Of a stretch of DNA of 64,000 nt, positions 1-11,174 are shown in pieces. Each line of letters opens with the position of its first letter. Within the stretch, counting starts at the first letter, position 1. The position numbers were made by a program, and so were the translations under genes. Source of the DNA: Alphaproteobacteria bacterium (GTDB lineage Bacteria > Pseudomonadota > Alphaproteobacteria > UBA11222). The stretch lies in NCBI GenBank assembly GCA_009693835.1, contig SHWM01000001.1:9571-73570 (forward strand), given 5' to 3'. A model generated the notes under the pieces. It saw only the letters and a program-made list of their open reading frames with translations. It searched no databases and was not told where the DNA came from.

Positions 1-269
1 GACTGGGCGCGCGGGCCTTCGCTGCCATCCATGTTCATGGGCAGGCCGATGACAAGGCCGCCCACATTCTGTTCCGCAATAATGGCGGCAAGCTTTTGCA
101 GATCGGCGGTGAATTTCCCCCGGCGCAGGGTCTGCATCGGGGTGGCGATCATCAGGCCGACATCCGACAAGGCTAGCCCAACCGTCTTTTCGCCCGCGTC
201 CAGGCCCAGCAGGCGCCGGGCGGGTTCAAGTCCGGCCTTGAATGCAGTGATGTCAGGGGAAAGGGGCAT
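1..269 (-). CDS. ruvX: Holliday junction resolvase-like RuvX/YqgF (partial, C-terminus runs off the window)
   Basis: Reverse-strand translation from the ATG at 269 gives MPLSPDITAFKAGLEPARRLLGLDAGEKTVGLALSDVGLMIATPMQTLRRGKF..NVGGLVIGLPMNMDGSEG, which matches the LGLDxGxKxxGxAxSD motif of the YqgF family. There is no stop inside the window. The gene is divergent from gatC. Confidence 0.7.
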   Translation of the reverse strand, partial: MPLSPDITAFKAGLEPARRLLGLDAGEKTVGLALSDVGLMIATPMQTLRRGKFTADLQKLAAIIAEQNVGGLVIGLPMNMDGSEGPRAQ

Positions 270-373
270 CCCCGCAGTATGGGTAAGGATCGCGGGCTGT
301 CAAACCTACTTTCACGCATCTGGCGGTCATGATAGGTTCCGCCCGGAGTTAATAGAACCAGATCAGGGCAGAT

Positions 374-661
374 ATGAGTGTTGATACAGATACCGTCCGG
401 CGCATCGCAAAACTGGCGCGGCTGGCCATCGCGGATGAAATGCTGGAGCCAATGGCGAAAGAACTGAATATTATTCTCGGATGGGCCGAACAATTGAACG
501 AAGTCGACACCGGTTCGGTTGAACCCATGACCAGTGCGGCGCAAACGGCCCTGAAAAAACGATCCGACATTGTGACCGATGGCCATATGCAGGAGGCGGT
601 GCTGCGCAACGCGCCCCTGACCGAGCATGGTTTTTTCGTCGTTCCCAAAGTCGTCGAATAG
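374..661 (+). CDS. gatC: Asp/Glu-tRNA(Asn/Gln) amidotransferase subunit C
   Basis: A 95-aa ORF with typical GatC sequence (RIAKLARLAIADEMLEPMAKELNIILGWAEQL), immediately upstream of gatA. Confidence 0.9.
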   Translation: MSVDTDTVRRIAKLARLAIADEMLEPMAKELNIILGWAEQLNEVDTGSVEPMTSAAQTALKKRSDIVTDGHMQEAVLRNAPLTEHGFFVVPKVVE

Positions 662-670
662 GAACGCCGC

Positions 671-2149
671 ATGACGGATATGACGGATCTCAGCCTGGCC
701 GAGGCGCGCGATGGGCTGCGCGCAAGGCGGTTCAGCGCGCTGGAACTGACCGACGCCTATCTGGCCGCAATGACGGCCGGCCAGCCGTTGAACTGTTTCA
801 TCACCGAAACTCCGGACCGGGCGCGGGACATGGCGCGGGCCTCGGACACGCGTCTTGCGGCAGGAACGGCCGGGCCGCTGGAAGGCATACCCCTGGGCGT
901 CAAGGATCTGTTCTGCACGAAAGATGTGCTCAGCACGGCCGCCAGCCACATTCTGGACGGCTTTATCCCGGCCTATGAATCTACCGTCACCGCCAATCTG
1001 TGGAATGCAGGCGCGGTCATGCTGGGCAAGCTTAATCTGGATGAATTCGCCATGGGTTCATCCAATGAGACCAGCTATTATGGGCCGGTGCTCAATCCCT
1101 GGCGGCGCACGGGCGATACTGCCAAACTGGTGCCGGGCGGCTCCAGCGGCGGGTCCTCCGCGGCGATTGCGGCGGGTTTGTGCCTGGCGGCGACAGGTAC
1201 GGATACTGGCGGCTCGATCCGCCAGCCAGCGGCGTTCACCGGCATTGTCGGGCTGAAGCCCACCTATGGCCGCTGTTCGCGATGGGGTATCGTCGCGTTT
1301 GCCTCCTCGCTCGATCAGGCGGGTCCGATGGCGCGCAATGTGCGGGATACGGCCATCCTTCTGGCTGTCATGGCGGGGCATGATCCCAAAGATTCAACCA
1401 GTGTGGATCGTGCGGTGCCCGATTATGAGGCGGCCCTGACGGGGAATATAAAAGGCCTGCGTGTTGGCATACCGGCCGAGTACCGGGTGGATGGCATGCC
1501 GCAGGGCATCGAAGCGATGTGGCGCCAGGGTGCAAGATGGCTGCAGGACGCAGGGGCCGAGATCATTGAAATCAGCCTGCCGCATACCAGATATGCCTTG
1601 CCCGCCTATTATATTGTGGCCCCGGCGGAAGCCTCTTCCAATCTGGCGCGCTATGATGGCATGCGCTATGGCCTGCGGGTCACCGGAAAGGATTTAACGG
1701 AGACCTATGAACGCTCGCGCGGCGCCGGTTTCGGGGCCGAGGTGAAACGCCGGATTCTGATCGGGACCTATGTGTTGTCGGCGGGCTATTATGATGCTTA
1801 TTATTTGCGCGCCCAGCGGGTGCGAACCCTGATCGCCAATGATTTTAAGGCTGCATTTGAAATAGTGGATGTGATTTTAACCCCGTCAACGCCCACGCCT
1901 GCATTTGCCCTGGGCGAACGCAATGATGATCCGATCGGCATGTTCCTGAACGATGTTTTTACGGTGCCCGCCAATCTGGCGGGGATTCCGGGAATTTCCG
2001 TTCCGGCCGGATTGTCGGAGGATGGCCTGCCGCTGGGACTGCAACTGCTGGGCAAGGCGTTTGATGAAGAAACCGTATTGCGCACGGCGGGCGTCCTGGA
2101 AGGGGCGGCGGCCTTCACCGCGCGGCCGGCACAATGGTGGAGAACCTAA
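671..2149 (+). CDS. gatA: Glutamyl-tRNA(Gln) amidotransferase subunit A (amidase family)
   Basis: A 492-aa ORF carrying the amidase signature [14 protein letters not shown] and the catalytic Ser-cisSer-Lys context. It lies in the gatC-gatA-gatB order. Confidence 0.93.
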   Translation: MTDMTDLSLAEARDGLRARRFSALELTDAYLAAMTAGQPLNCFITETPDRARDMARASDTRLAAGTAGPLEGIPLGVKDLFCTKDVLSTAASHILDGFIPAYESTVTANLWNAGAVMLGKLNLDEFAMGSSNETSYYGPVLNPWRRTGDTAKLVPGGSSGGSSAAIAAGLCLAATGTDTGGSIRQPAAFTGIVGLKPTYGRCSRWGIVAFASSLDQAGPMARNVRDTAILLAVMAGHDPKDSTSVDRAVPDYEAALTGNIKGLRVGIPAEYRVDGMPQGIEAMWRQGARWLQDAGAEIIEISLPHTRYALPAYYIVAPAEASSNLARYDGMRYGLRVTGKDLTETYERSRGAGFGAEVKRRILIGTYVLSAGYYDAYYLRAQRVRTLIANDFKAAFEIVDVILTPSTPTPAFALGERNDDPIGMFLNDVFTVPANLAGIPGISVPAGLSEDGLPLGLQLLGKAFDEETVLRTAGVLEGAAAFTARPAQWWRT

Positions 2150-2151
2150 TC

Positions 2152-3645
2152 ATGTCCGTTCAGGAAATATACGACGCCAGGCACGGTGAAAAGGGGGGGT
2201 ACCTCACTGGCGCCACGGGTGAATGGGAACTGATCATCGGCATGGAAGTGCACGCGCAGATTTCCTCAAAGGCCAAACTGTTTTCCGGGTCGCCCGCCGA
2301 TTTTGGCGGCGAGCCCAACGAACATGTCAGCCTCGTCGATGCGGCCATGCCTGGCATGCTGCCGGTGATTAACGAATTCTGTGTGGCGCAGGCGGTGCGG
2401 ACAGGGCTTGGACTGAACGCCCAGATCAATTTGCGTTCTGTGTTTGATCGCAAGAATTATTTTTACCCGGATCTGCCGCAGGGCTATCAGATTTCGCAGT
2501 TTACCTATCCGGTGGTCGGGCGGGGTGAGGTGCGGGTGGATTTACCGGATGGCGGCGTGCGCGTGGTGCGCATAGAGCGGCTGCATCTGGAACAGGACGC
2601 GGGCAAAAGCCTGCACGACCAGCATCCCAGCATGTCCTATGTGGATTTGAACCGGTCTGGCGTGGCGCTGATGGAGATTGTCTCGCAGCCCGACATACGT
2701 TCGGCTGAGGAGGCGACTCTGTATCTGGAAAAACTGCGCACCATTTTGCGTTACCTCGGCACCTGTGACGGTAACATGCAGGAAGGCTCAATGCGGGCGG
2801 ACATCAACGTGTCGGTTCGCAAGCCGGGCCGGCCACTGGGCACGCGGTGCGAGATCAAAAACATCAATTCCATGCGCTTTATCCGCCAGGCTATTGAATA
2901 TGAGGCGCGCAGGCAGATCGAAATACTTGAAGAAGGCGGTTCGATTCATCAGGAAACCCGGCTCTATGATCAGGTTAAAGGTGAAACCCGGTCAATGAGA
3001 TCCAAAGAAGAATCTCACGATTACCGGTATTTTCCGGATCCCGATCTGCTGCCGCTGGAATTTACTCAGGCCTGGGTGGATGACATCGCGAAAGGCTTGC
3101 CCGAACTGCCCGACGCCAAGAAAGCGCGCTTCATGTCGGCTTACGGGCTGTCGGCCTATGACGCCAGCATATTGGTGGCCGACCGCGAAACAGCGGAATA
3201 TTTCGAGCAGGTGGCAAAGGGCAGGGACGCCAAAATGGCGGCTAACTGGGTGATCACCAATTTGTACGGCGCGCTCAACGAAGCGGGCCTGACCATCCAA
3301 ACATCGCTGGTTTCGGCTGCGGCGCTTGGCCGCCTGCTGGATTTGCTGGCAGATCAGACCTTGTCAGGCCGTCTGGCCAAGGATGTGTTCGAGATTATGT
3401 TTTCTTCTGGCGGCGATCCCGAAGCCATTGTTTTGGAGCGCGGTTTGAAGCAGGTGACCGATACAGGCGCCATCGACGCGGCCATTGATGCGGTGATGGC
3501 GGCGAACCCGGACAAGGTGGCAGAGGTAAAGGGCGGCAAGGATAGACTGCTGGGCTGGTTCGTTGGCCAGGTAATGAAATCGACGGGCGGAAAAGCCAAT
3601 CCGCAGATGCTGAATGATGCTCTACGGCAAAAGTTTGGTCTCTGA
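2152..3645 (+). CDS. gatB: Asp/Glu-tRNA amidotransferase subunit B
   Basis: The ORF runs 2134..3645. The likely start is the second ATG ([26 protein letters not shown]), which gives a GatB-typical N-terminus. The C-terminal GatB/YqeY domain is present. The start overlaps the gatA stop. Confidence 0.9.
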   Translation: MSVQEIYDARHGEKGGYLTGATGEWELIIGMEVHAQISSKAKLFSGSPADFGGEPNEHVSLVDAAMPGMLPVINEFCVAQAVRTGLGLNAQINLRSVFDRKNYFYPDLPQGYQISQFTYPVVGRGEVRVDLPDGGVRVVRIERLHLEQDAGKSLHDQHPSMSYVDLNRSGVALMEIVSQPDIRSAEEATLYLEKLRTILRYLGTCDGNMQEGSMRADINVSVRKPGRPLGTRCEIKNINSMRFIRQAIEYEARRQIEILEEGGSIHQETRLYDQVKGETRSMRSKEESHDYRYFPDPDLLPLEFTQAWVDDIAKGLPELPDAKKARFMSAYGLSAYDASILVADRETAEYFEQVAKGRDAKMAANWVITNLYGALNEAGLTIQTSLVSAAALGRLLDLLADQTLSGRLAKDVFEIMFSSGGDPEAIVLERGLKQVTDTGAIDAAIDAVMAANPDKVAEVKGGKDRLLGWFVGQVMKSTGGKANPQMLNDALRQKFGL

Positions 3646-4772
3646 GGCGTTTATTTTCCTCGGCGCACAGCGCCTGCGGAGCCTTTGGAAGACGTCACCC
3701 GACTCGGCGGAGCGTGACACGCGCTGTCTTATCGGGACGAATCAGACGATCTAAAAGTGCATGCAATCAGCATTTTTATTAGGCGTGCGAAAATATCTTT
3801 GGAGGTGTTGCCTGTAAACCGCACCTGCCTGTTTCGCTGGCTCTGGCAGTCTAACGCGAGTCCCCGTTTATACTATTGATCAGTGATCCGTCTGCCTCCA
3901 TTGGGGCTGCCGATTCTGGCAGAATGAACCTGTGAAGCGCAATAAATGCGCGGGATTCCCTGATTTTTCAAGCCATGACCTGGCGCGGATTTCATTTGGC
4001 CGGGCTTTCTCGATGCGGCGATCAATCGTTCAGGACGGCGGGCGGCCAGTGTTCTGAAGCGGGGACCGGTGCGGTCCGGAAATTTCTTGAACACTCTGAG
4101 AAGCGCTAAAATCCTCACTTATTGGCTGTCTTGTTAAGAGTTTATTGGTAAATAACGCCGTTAATGTTCGTGTCTATAGTAATGCGTGTATCAAGTTTGT
4201 GCAGATATGTGCAGTACGCAGATGATTATCTGTATGAAGAAAATTGCGGGATGGTGGCTTGGGTGGATAAATTGAAGTCCTGTTCACCGGACATAAAAGG
4301 ACAGGGGTATCCGCCAGCCACAGGAAGCAGAAGGGCCATTCGGACATGCAAACGTCTGGCTGGCACGGCGCGCAAGGTGGAAATTGGGCCGGAAGAGTCG
4401 TTCTCTGACCGGGTTAAAGTAATAGGCAAGTAATAAGTGAACATTTTTATTGACGGAAGGTTTTATTAATTAGATTACGAATCATTGGTTGAATCGTTGA
4501 CCCGCGCCGGTTAGGCAAAAAGAAGACGGATAGACCGGTCTTCGGAATGTGCCAGGCGCGGGGACTAATACAGCTTCGGAGGCGGAAGCTGTTGAGGCAG
4601 GAACATCGATTCCGGATTTTGGTTCTACTCGATGGCCAAAATAGAGGGATTGGGTCGGTGGATGCTTCGATCGGCGATGGCGGGCCCTGACAGGCCTGCT
4701 AGTAAGAGTGCAGCGCATTGTTTTCACCGGGACATTGGTTAGCTATGTCCCAAACACTAGAGAGGACTGAAC

Positions 4773-5069
4773 ATGGCTATGACTAAAGTTAAAAAGGCGG
4801 TTAAAAAGAAATCAACCGTCCGTAAGACGACCAAAGCCGCCGTGGCGAAGAAGCCTGCGGCAAAAAAAGCCGCAGTGAAGAAGCCTGCGGCGAAAAAGGC
4901 TGCGGCCAAGAAGCCTGCGGCGAAAAAAGCTGCCGTAAAAAAGCCTGCGGCGAAAAAGGCTGCGGCTAAGAAGCCAGCAGCGAAAAAGAAGCCGGCGGCG
5001 AAAAAGGCTTCCATGAAGCGCCCTGCGATGAAAAGAGCAGCGGTGAAGAGGCCCGCCAGCAAGAAGTAA
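4773..5069 (+). CDS. Histone H1-like / AlgP-like lysine-alanine-rich nucleoid protein with KKPAAKKAA(V/A) tandem repeats
   Basis: A 98-aa ORF that is highly basic with low-complexity KKPAAKKAA repeats (about five 10-aa units encoded by 30-bp tandem DNA repeats). An SD-like sequence, agagagga, lies upstream. Confidence 0.75.
   Translation: MAMTKVKKAVKKKSTVRKTTKAAVAKKPAAKKAAVKKPAAKKAAAKKPAAKKAAVKKPAAKKAAAKKPAAKKKPAAKKASMKRPAMKRAAVKRPASKK
4838..4990 (+). repeat. About 5 tandem 30-bp repeats (aagcctgcggcgaaaaaggctgcggccaag-like) inside the histone-like gene
   Basis: Direct inspection shows near-identical 30-bp units in tandem encoding KPAAKKAAXK. Confidence 0.8.
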
Positions 5070-5398
5070 TCAGTCACTAACCGTGACGTCAGCCGCTTCC
5101 ATTTAATCGGCTGGATCTAATACGGGTATCAAGGCCAGTAGTGAAGGTTCGCAGGTGACAACAAACCTGCCGGTCTTTGCCACTGGCCTCCCTTTGTCAC
5201 CGGCAGGTTGAGACTGGCTGTACTTGCGCCGTTTCCCTGAAGCAAAATGTTTTTAGGTTGAACCGGGGGTTCAAACAAAAAGCACAAAATTGCTCCAGAC
5301 CCTGTTGCCGGTGCTTCGTCTGACATGATGATGGTTGCGCTCCGGTACATCTGGATATTTCCCAGAGCAGAATGATTTTAGGTTTGTCCATGCCAGAA

Positions 5399-5507
5399 CT
5401 TCAGCCTGTCACCCCGGATTTACTCGCCACGGCGAAGCAGGAGCTCTCGCCGCGCTGGCGCAGCGGGTCGCTCGGGCGTAGCCGGGTTCCGGGGTGACAG
5501 GCCGAAG
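5399..5507. mobile_element. MITE-like element with ~19-bp terminal inverted repeats (CTTCAGCCTGTCACCCCGG ... CCGGGGTGACAGGCCGAAG)
   Basis: Perfect or near-perfect inverted termini are seen directly. A related copy lies at 56744-56873. The element is intergenic between the histone-like gene and the ATPase pseudogene. Confidence 0.6.
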
Positions 5508-5608
5508 ATTTCTCACACTTCAAATTAGGTGAAACAGACTCTAGTGCTGGGATTTCTTCGCTCGCTCCTGCAGGTGTCTGTGACACAGGATGCATCGAAG
5601 AAACGGCC

Positions 5609-8327
5609 TCAGATAGTTTTGCCGCGCCCCAGCCGGGCCACCAGAAGTTTCCGCGCCTCTTCGATCAAAACAATGGATAGGGCAATCGAAGAGGCAAACA
5701 GCCAGTCCAGCGCACTGAGCGGGCGCATATGGAAAATCTGCTGTGCAACCGGCCAGTTTATGATCAACACTAGAAAACCAACCACAGCCGCCAGCGCAGC
5801 CCATAATTTCCAGTTGCTGGTGAAATTGTGCCCAAAGACGGAACCTGTTTCCGAACGGACATTGAAGGCGTTACAGAACTGGAACAGCACAAACGTGGTG
5901 AACGCCAGGGTCGTGGCGCGCTGGTTCCCCCCCCCGTCGCCTCGCCATAAGCCAGCATCAGCAATGTCCCGGCCGCCATGATGGCCCCGTAAAAACCGAT
6001 CACCGCCAGACGCCTCCAAGACAGGACCCGTTCATCCGGATGGCGCGGTGGCGCATCCTGCAGGTTTGGATTGGCGGGATCAAGCCCCAGCGCCATCGCG
6101 GGCGGGCCATCCATGATGATGTTGACGAGCAGAATTTGCAGCGCGGTGAATAGCGCCGGGAGCCCGAGAAGCGGCGCAAGCAACAGTGTGAAAATCGCAC
6201 CCGCATTGGTGGAGACCTGGAAACGCAGAAATTTGACAATATTGTCGTAGATGCGCCGCCCTTCGATCACGGCGTCCACAATGGTGGCGAAATTATCATT
6301 GGTCAGCACCATATTTGCCGCCTCCTTGGCGACATCGGTGCCTGTGATACCCATGGCGATGCCAATATCTGCGGCCTTGAGCGAGGGCGCGTCATTGACG
6401 CCATCACCCGTCATCGCCACGACGTGGTTATTACGTTTCAGGGCTTGCACAATCTTAACCTTGGCTCCGGCGCCACCCGGGCAAAAATTCCAACCTGCTC
6501 CACACGCTCGGCCAAATGCTCCAGGCTCATGCTTTCCAGCTCCGCGCCGGTCAGGATATCACCTTCTATACCCAGTTCGGCGGCAACAGCCGCGGCAGTC
6601 AGCTTGTGATCGCCGGTAATCATCTTCACCTGAACGCCCGCGCGATGGCATAGGGCGATCGCCTCGCGGGCTTCCTTGCGCGGCGGGTCCATCAGGCCAA
6701 CGATGCCCAGAAAAGTCAGTCCCTGCACCAGCGCAACGTGATCGCCACACATATCAAATTCTTCCAGGGGCACGTCACGGCTGGCCACCGCCAGAACGCG
6801 CGAAGCCTGGGCCGCCATGCGTTCCACTTCCGTCATGATGGCTTGAGGAGCCAGCGCCGCGACGCCGTTGTTGGTCAGGGCCATACTGCACAGCGGAAGC
6901 AGGACCTCTGGCGCGCCCTTCACGTACAGCCGCACCACATTCCCCTGACGGTGAAAGGTCGCCATGAATTTGTGTGTGGAATCAAAAGGAATCTCGGCGG
7001 TACGGGGGAGCTGTACGTGCAGTTCCATGCAATTGACGCCACCCTTGGCAGCGATTACCAGCAGTGCGCCCTCCATCGGGTCGCCGGACACCTTGCCATC
7101 CGTTACGGCGCAATCCGTGCACAGCGCTGCCGGCTTCAGCAGCGCCATAAGGTCGGGCAGGGGGCCGCCGTCATCAGTGATGATCGTTCCCGCCATTTCA
7201 TAACCGACACCGCTTACGGAAAAGCGGCGGCCGAGAAAATGGAAGGATCGCACCATCATCTGGTTCAGCGTCAGTGTGCCGGTTTTGTCGGAACATATTA
7301 CCGTCGTACAGCCCAGGGTTTCTACCGAGGCAAGCTGCTTCACGATTGCCTGACGGCGCGCCATAAAATGCATGCCCATTGCCAGCGTAACCGTTACCAC
7401 CGCAGGCAGCCCCTCGGGAATGGCCGCCACCGCCAGCGCCACCGCCGTCAGCAGCGTGTCCATCAAGGGTTCGCCCCGCGCCAGCCCCCACACGAGAAGC
7501 AGAACTGCGACTGCACCCGCCAGTAACGCCAGCCGCCTTCCCACCGAGTCCAGCTGCACCTGCAGGGGCGTCATTTCGGTTTCGGCCGACGCCATCATCT
7601 GTGCGATATGGCCGGTCTGTGTTTGCATGCCAGTGGCAATGACCACGCATTCGCCGCGCCCGCGGGTAATTCAGGTGTTCATGAAAGCCATATTGGCGCG
7701 CTCGGCCAGAGGGATTTTGACGTCGCAGACCATTTCGGCGGTCTTGGTGACCGGAACGGATTCACCGGTAAAGAGCGATTCGTCGATTTCCAGTGTTGTC
7801 GCCTGTACCAGACGGCCATCGGCGGGAACGCGGCTTCCCGCGTCCAGCAGAACGATGTCGCCCGGCACCAGTTCGTCTGCGGGGATCTCCATGGCGACGC
7901 CGCCGCGCCGCACCCGGCAGGAGGTGGCGAGCATTTTCTTCAAAACGGAAAGGCTTTGTTCGGCGCGCTGCTCCTGTTGAAAGCCAAGAAACGCATTCAG
8001 CAGGATGACAAACAGAATGACCAGGGCGTCGGTAAAGTCGCCCACAATGCCGGCCAGCACGGCGGCAAACATCAGCACAACGATCAGATAGCTTTTGAAC
8101 TGGTCGACAAACAGCAGCCAGCTTGCCCTGCGTGGTTTTTCGGTCAACCGGTTCCAGCCAAACTGGTTGAGTCGCTGGGCAGCCTCAAGGCTGTTGAGGC
8201 CCGCTGCGGCGGTCACATCCAATTCACTTAAAATTTCGTTAGCGGGCCGCAAGTGGGCGGCGGCCGACAAGTCCAGGCCGGTTTCCATCTCATCATGGGG
8301 GCGCTGCGATGCGCTCGTTAAATTCAT
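5609..8327 (-). pseudogene. P-type cation-transporting ATPase (type II, Ca/Mg-like) split by at least 3 frameshifts
   Basis: Four consecutive minus-strand ORFs cover one ~900-aa protein. 7671..8327 holds the N-terminal Cation_ATPase_N, TM1-2 and actuator regions. 6438..7646 holds ICSDKTGTLT (phosphorylation site) and MITGDHKLTAAAVA. 5770..6450 holds VAMTGDGVNDAPSLKAADIGIAMG. 5609..6019 holds the C-terminal TM region FTTFVLFQFCNAFNVRSE. Frame switches fall near 7646-7671, 6438-6450 and a C9/G9 homopolymer at 5927-5935. Confidence 0.8.
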
Positions 8328-8414
8328 GCCATGTCGCGCCCCTGAAAATTACTCAATCCTTAAACCGTGGGCTAGCCAGCAGTTATGAGGATATGGTGCG
8401 CAAGGCGGGATCAC

Positions 8415-8929
8415 TCAAGGGTTTCCGTTCATGTGCTTGGGATTTAGGCGGTCCATAAGGGCGAACAGCACGCCGGAGGCTACAAAGGTCAGATGAATGC
8501 CCACCTTCCAGCTAAGCTGTGTATCGCTCAATCTTTCTGAATACATAAACGCTTTCAGCAGTTCGATGCGGATATGGCGGCGATTGAACCGATGACCTTG
8601 ATCTTCAGGTCGGAAAAGTCCACTTGCCCCATCCAGTCCGGGCGGTCCACATGATCTCCCGCATGCAGTTTGGAGACAAAATTTTCATAACCCGCATAGA
8701 CGATGATGATCAGCAGATTGGCGATCAGGGTAATGTTGATGAGGGACAGGATGCCGATTATGACCTCATCGCCGCTCGCGGTCATGATCCCGCCCGCCAG
8801 CGAGGAAAACTCATTGGCGAATTTGATTAGCAGCAGGACGATCGAAAGAACCAGACCAATATACAGGGGCGTCGGCAACCAGCGGCTGCCGAACAGCAGC
8901 CGCTCCAGTACATTCTCAATAATATTCAC
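8415..8929 (-). pseudogene. yqhA: UPF0114/YqhA family inner-membrane protein, frameshifted near 8565
   Basis: ORF 8555..8929 gives MNIIENVLERLLFGSRWLPTPLYIGLVLS...KIKVIGSIAAISAS. The -1 frame then continues IRIELLKAFMYSERLSD..GIHLTFVASGVLFALMDRL to a stop at ~8415. This tracks E. coli YqhA (ASIVAISSIHLLRVFMD...IIHLTFVLSAFVMGYLDRL) along its whole length. Confidence 0.65.
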
Positions 8930-8968
8930 AGCAAAAGATCCATATCAAACGGGATCGTTACACTGCCC

Positions 8969-10009
8969 TTATAGAACCGATTCGGCCAATAGCCGCATGC
9001 TGGCGGCGTTGGGCGCCCCGGCGAGCAGCGAGGAGATGTGGTTCTTCTTTCCAGCGGCAATATAGGCCTGCAAACGGTCCTTTACCCGGTCAGCCGGTCC
9101 CAGCAGCGCCACCTCATCGCAGAGCTTGTCCGGCACCTTGGCTGTGGCCTCGGCTTTCTTGCCGTCAAGATAGAGGTCCTGGATCTGTTTGGCTTCGGCT
9201 TCATAGCCAAGCCGTTTGGCGTAATCATTGTAAAAATTCTTGTCCCGCGCGCCCATGCCGCCAATGTATAACGCCAGCATATTCTTTACGGGGATGCGGC
9301 ACTTTTCCAGATCATCGCCGATGATCACATTCACGAACGGCATGATGGAAAAACTATCGAGGCTCTTTTTGGTAGCCGCCTTGGCAAAACCTTCCTTGAT
9401 GGCGCCATCGAACACGTCGAACCGGTCCGGGTTCATAAAGACCGGGATAAAGCCATCCGCCACCTCTGCGGCGACGGCCACGCCAGCAGGCGAAATCGCC
9501 CCGGTGACAATTTTCAGAGTCGGATCGCCGTGCAGAATGCTTTTCAGCGGCTTGCCCAGCCCGGTCGATCCCGGCCCGGTAAAGGGAATATGATAATGAT
9601 AGCCGTCATGCACCAGCGCTTCCTTGCGCTCCAGAATCTTGCGGATGATCTCGATATATTCGCGGGTGCGGGTCAGCGGGCGTCCATACGCCTCGCCGTG
9701 CCAGCCCTCGATCACCTGCGGGCCGGAAGGGCCAATGCCCATGATAAAACGGCCGCCGGACATTGCTGTCATGGTCATGGCGGTCATCGCCGCCATGGCA
9801 GGCGTGCGGGCCGACAGCTGCATGATGGCGGTGCCCACATTGATCTTGGTGGTGCTGGCCAGCAGCCAGGCGGCGGGAGAAACGGCGTCTGACCCCCAGG
9901 CTTCGGCTGTCCAGACGCTGTCAAAGCCGAGGCTTTCCCCTTGCCGCACCAGCTCGACCTGATTTTCAAATTTTCCGCCGGAATAACCAAGCGTCATGCC
10001 TAATTTCAT
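8969..10009 (-). CDS. LLM-class (luciferase-like) flavin/F420-dependent oxidoreductase
   Basis: A 346-aa ORF with bacterial luciferase-like TIM-barrel family features (GRFIMGIGPSGPQVIEGWHG; C-terminal region). It is a tandem paralog of the next gene. Confidence 0.8.
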   Translation of the reverse strand: MKLGMTLGYSGGKFENQVELVRQGESLGFDSVWTAEAWGSDAVSPAAWLLASTTKINVGTAIMQLSARTPAMAAMTAMTMTAMSGGRFIMGIGPSGPQVIEGWHGEAYGRPLTRTREYIEIIRKILERKEALVHDGYHYHIPFTGPGSTGLGKPLKSILHGDPTLKIVTGAISPAGVAVAAEVADGFIPVFMNPDRFDVFDGAIKEGFAKAATKKSLDSFSIMPFVNVIIGDDLEKCRIPVKNMLALYIGGMGARDKNFYNDYAKRLGYEAEAKQIQDLYLDGKKAEATAKVPDKLCDEVALLGPADRVKDRLQAYIAAGKKNHISSLLAGAPNAASMRLLAESVL

Positions 10010-10033
10010 ATGCTTTCTCCTTGATGAATGAGT

Positions 10034-11038
10034 TTACGCCGCCAGTTCCCTGATCAGCGCCGGGCGCTTTTCGGGGGGTACGAAGCCGAAGCTGAGGCTG
10101 AACCGGTCTACCAGTCCCGAATAGCGGCTTTTGAGCATCGGCACGATTTCATACGGCTCGCCTACCACGGCAAAAATGTCCAGCATCTCGTCATCGATCA
10201 GGTCGCCCATTTCGACCCATTTGCCCTGTTTGGACATCAGGTTCAGTTGAGGCTGTAATGTGCTCCAGCCATGCATATCGAGAACACCGCGATAGGCGGG
10301 CGTCGATCCGTAAAAGGCGATGCGCTGTTTGACGGCCTTCTTGCTTTCAGCAAATTCCTTTTCGTTCTGTCCTGAAACGATGAACACCGGATAAGACAGC
10401 TCGAACGTGTTGCGCGCACGGCCGCGTTTTTTCAGGCCCGCGTCGACGATGGGCAACGTCATCTGTTTGAGATATTTTACGGAAGTCATCGGATGCACCA
10501 TAATGCCGTCAGCGACATCCGCCGCCACCTCGGTCATCATCGGACCAACCGCCGCCAGGAAAACGCGCGGTGCGCCAAATTTACTGGGGGTTGGTGTAAA
10601 CACCGGCGTCATCAGGGTGTGCGAATAGAACTCGCCCCGGAAATTCAGCGGCACGCCGTCATACCAGTTGGCCCAGATGGCCCGCATCGCCAGGATCATT
10701 TCACGCATGCGCGGGGCAGGGTGCGACCATGGCATGGAAAAGCGCTTTTCGATATGCGCTTTGATCTGCGAGCCGATGCCCATGATGAAACGGCCCTGTG
10801 AAAAATCGTTCAGATCATTGCCAACGGCGGCCATGTTCATCGGATTACGGGCAAAAGCGACGGCGATAGCCGTGATCAGTTCTATCTTCTTGCTATGCTC
10901 GGCAGCCAGCATCAGGGGAAGAAACGGGTCATGCCCGGTTTCCACCGATTGCGCCCCGTTAAAGCCTGCTGCCTCGAGCTGGACAATACGTTCCGTGATT
11001 TTTCCCATTCCCATGGGCAGTTCGCCGTCTACTTTCAT
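10034..11038 (-). CDS. LLM-class (luciferase-like) oxidoreductase, second copy
   Basis: The ORF runs 10034..11107. The probable start is the internal Met (MKVDGELPMGMG...). The GRFIMGIGSQIKAHIEKRF motif is shared with the neighbouring LLM gene. Confidence 0.8.
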   Translation of the reverse strand: MKVDGELPMGMGKITERIVQLEAAGFNGAQSVETGHDPFLPLMLAAEHSKKIELITAIAVAFARNPMNMAAVGNDLNDFSQGRFIMGIGSQIKAHIEKRFSMPWSHPAPRMREMILAMRAIWANWYDGVPLNFRGEFYSHTLMTPVFTPTPSKFGAPRVFLAAVGPMMTEVAADVADGIMVHPMTSVKYLKQMTLPIVDAGLKKRGRARNTFELSYPVFIVSGQNEKEFAESKKAVKQRIAFYGSTPAYRGVLDMHGWSTLQPQLNLMSKQGKWVEMGDLIDDEMLDIFAVVGEPYEIVPMLKSRYSGLVDRFSLSFGFVPPEKRPALIRELAA

Positions 11039-11174
11039 TATTACCTCCTGAACCGTGAACTGGGGGCGCTCGTATGACCCCGTTCCATTGATTGATTTGC
11101 CCCACAATACTGCTTTGGGATCGCCTTCCGCACCTTATTATGGCATTGCAGGGACGTAAGTAACAGATCAACGG

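Noticed and set aside
4838-4990. A CRISPR-like array suggested by 30-bp tandem repeats
   Set aside because: The repeats are directly adjacent with no spacers. They lie in-frame inside a coding sequence and encode the KKPAAKKAAV peptide repeats.
5150-5220. A rho-independent terminator after the histone-like gene
   Set aside because: An imperfect long hairpin (aacctgccggt ... accggcaggtt) is present, but it is not followed by a U-tract, so a terminator call is not supported.
6738-8231. Multiple + strand ORFs of 200-260 aa opposite the P-type ATPase
   Set aside because: They are antisense to conserved P-type ATPase motifs (DKTGT, TGDGVND). Their R/H/G-rich composition is typical of GC-rich reverse frames.
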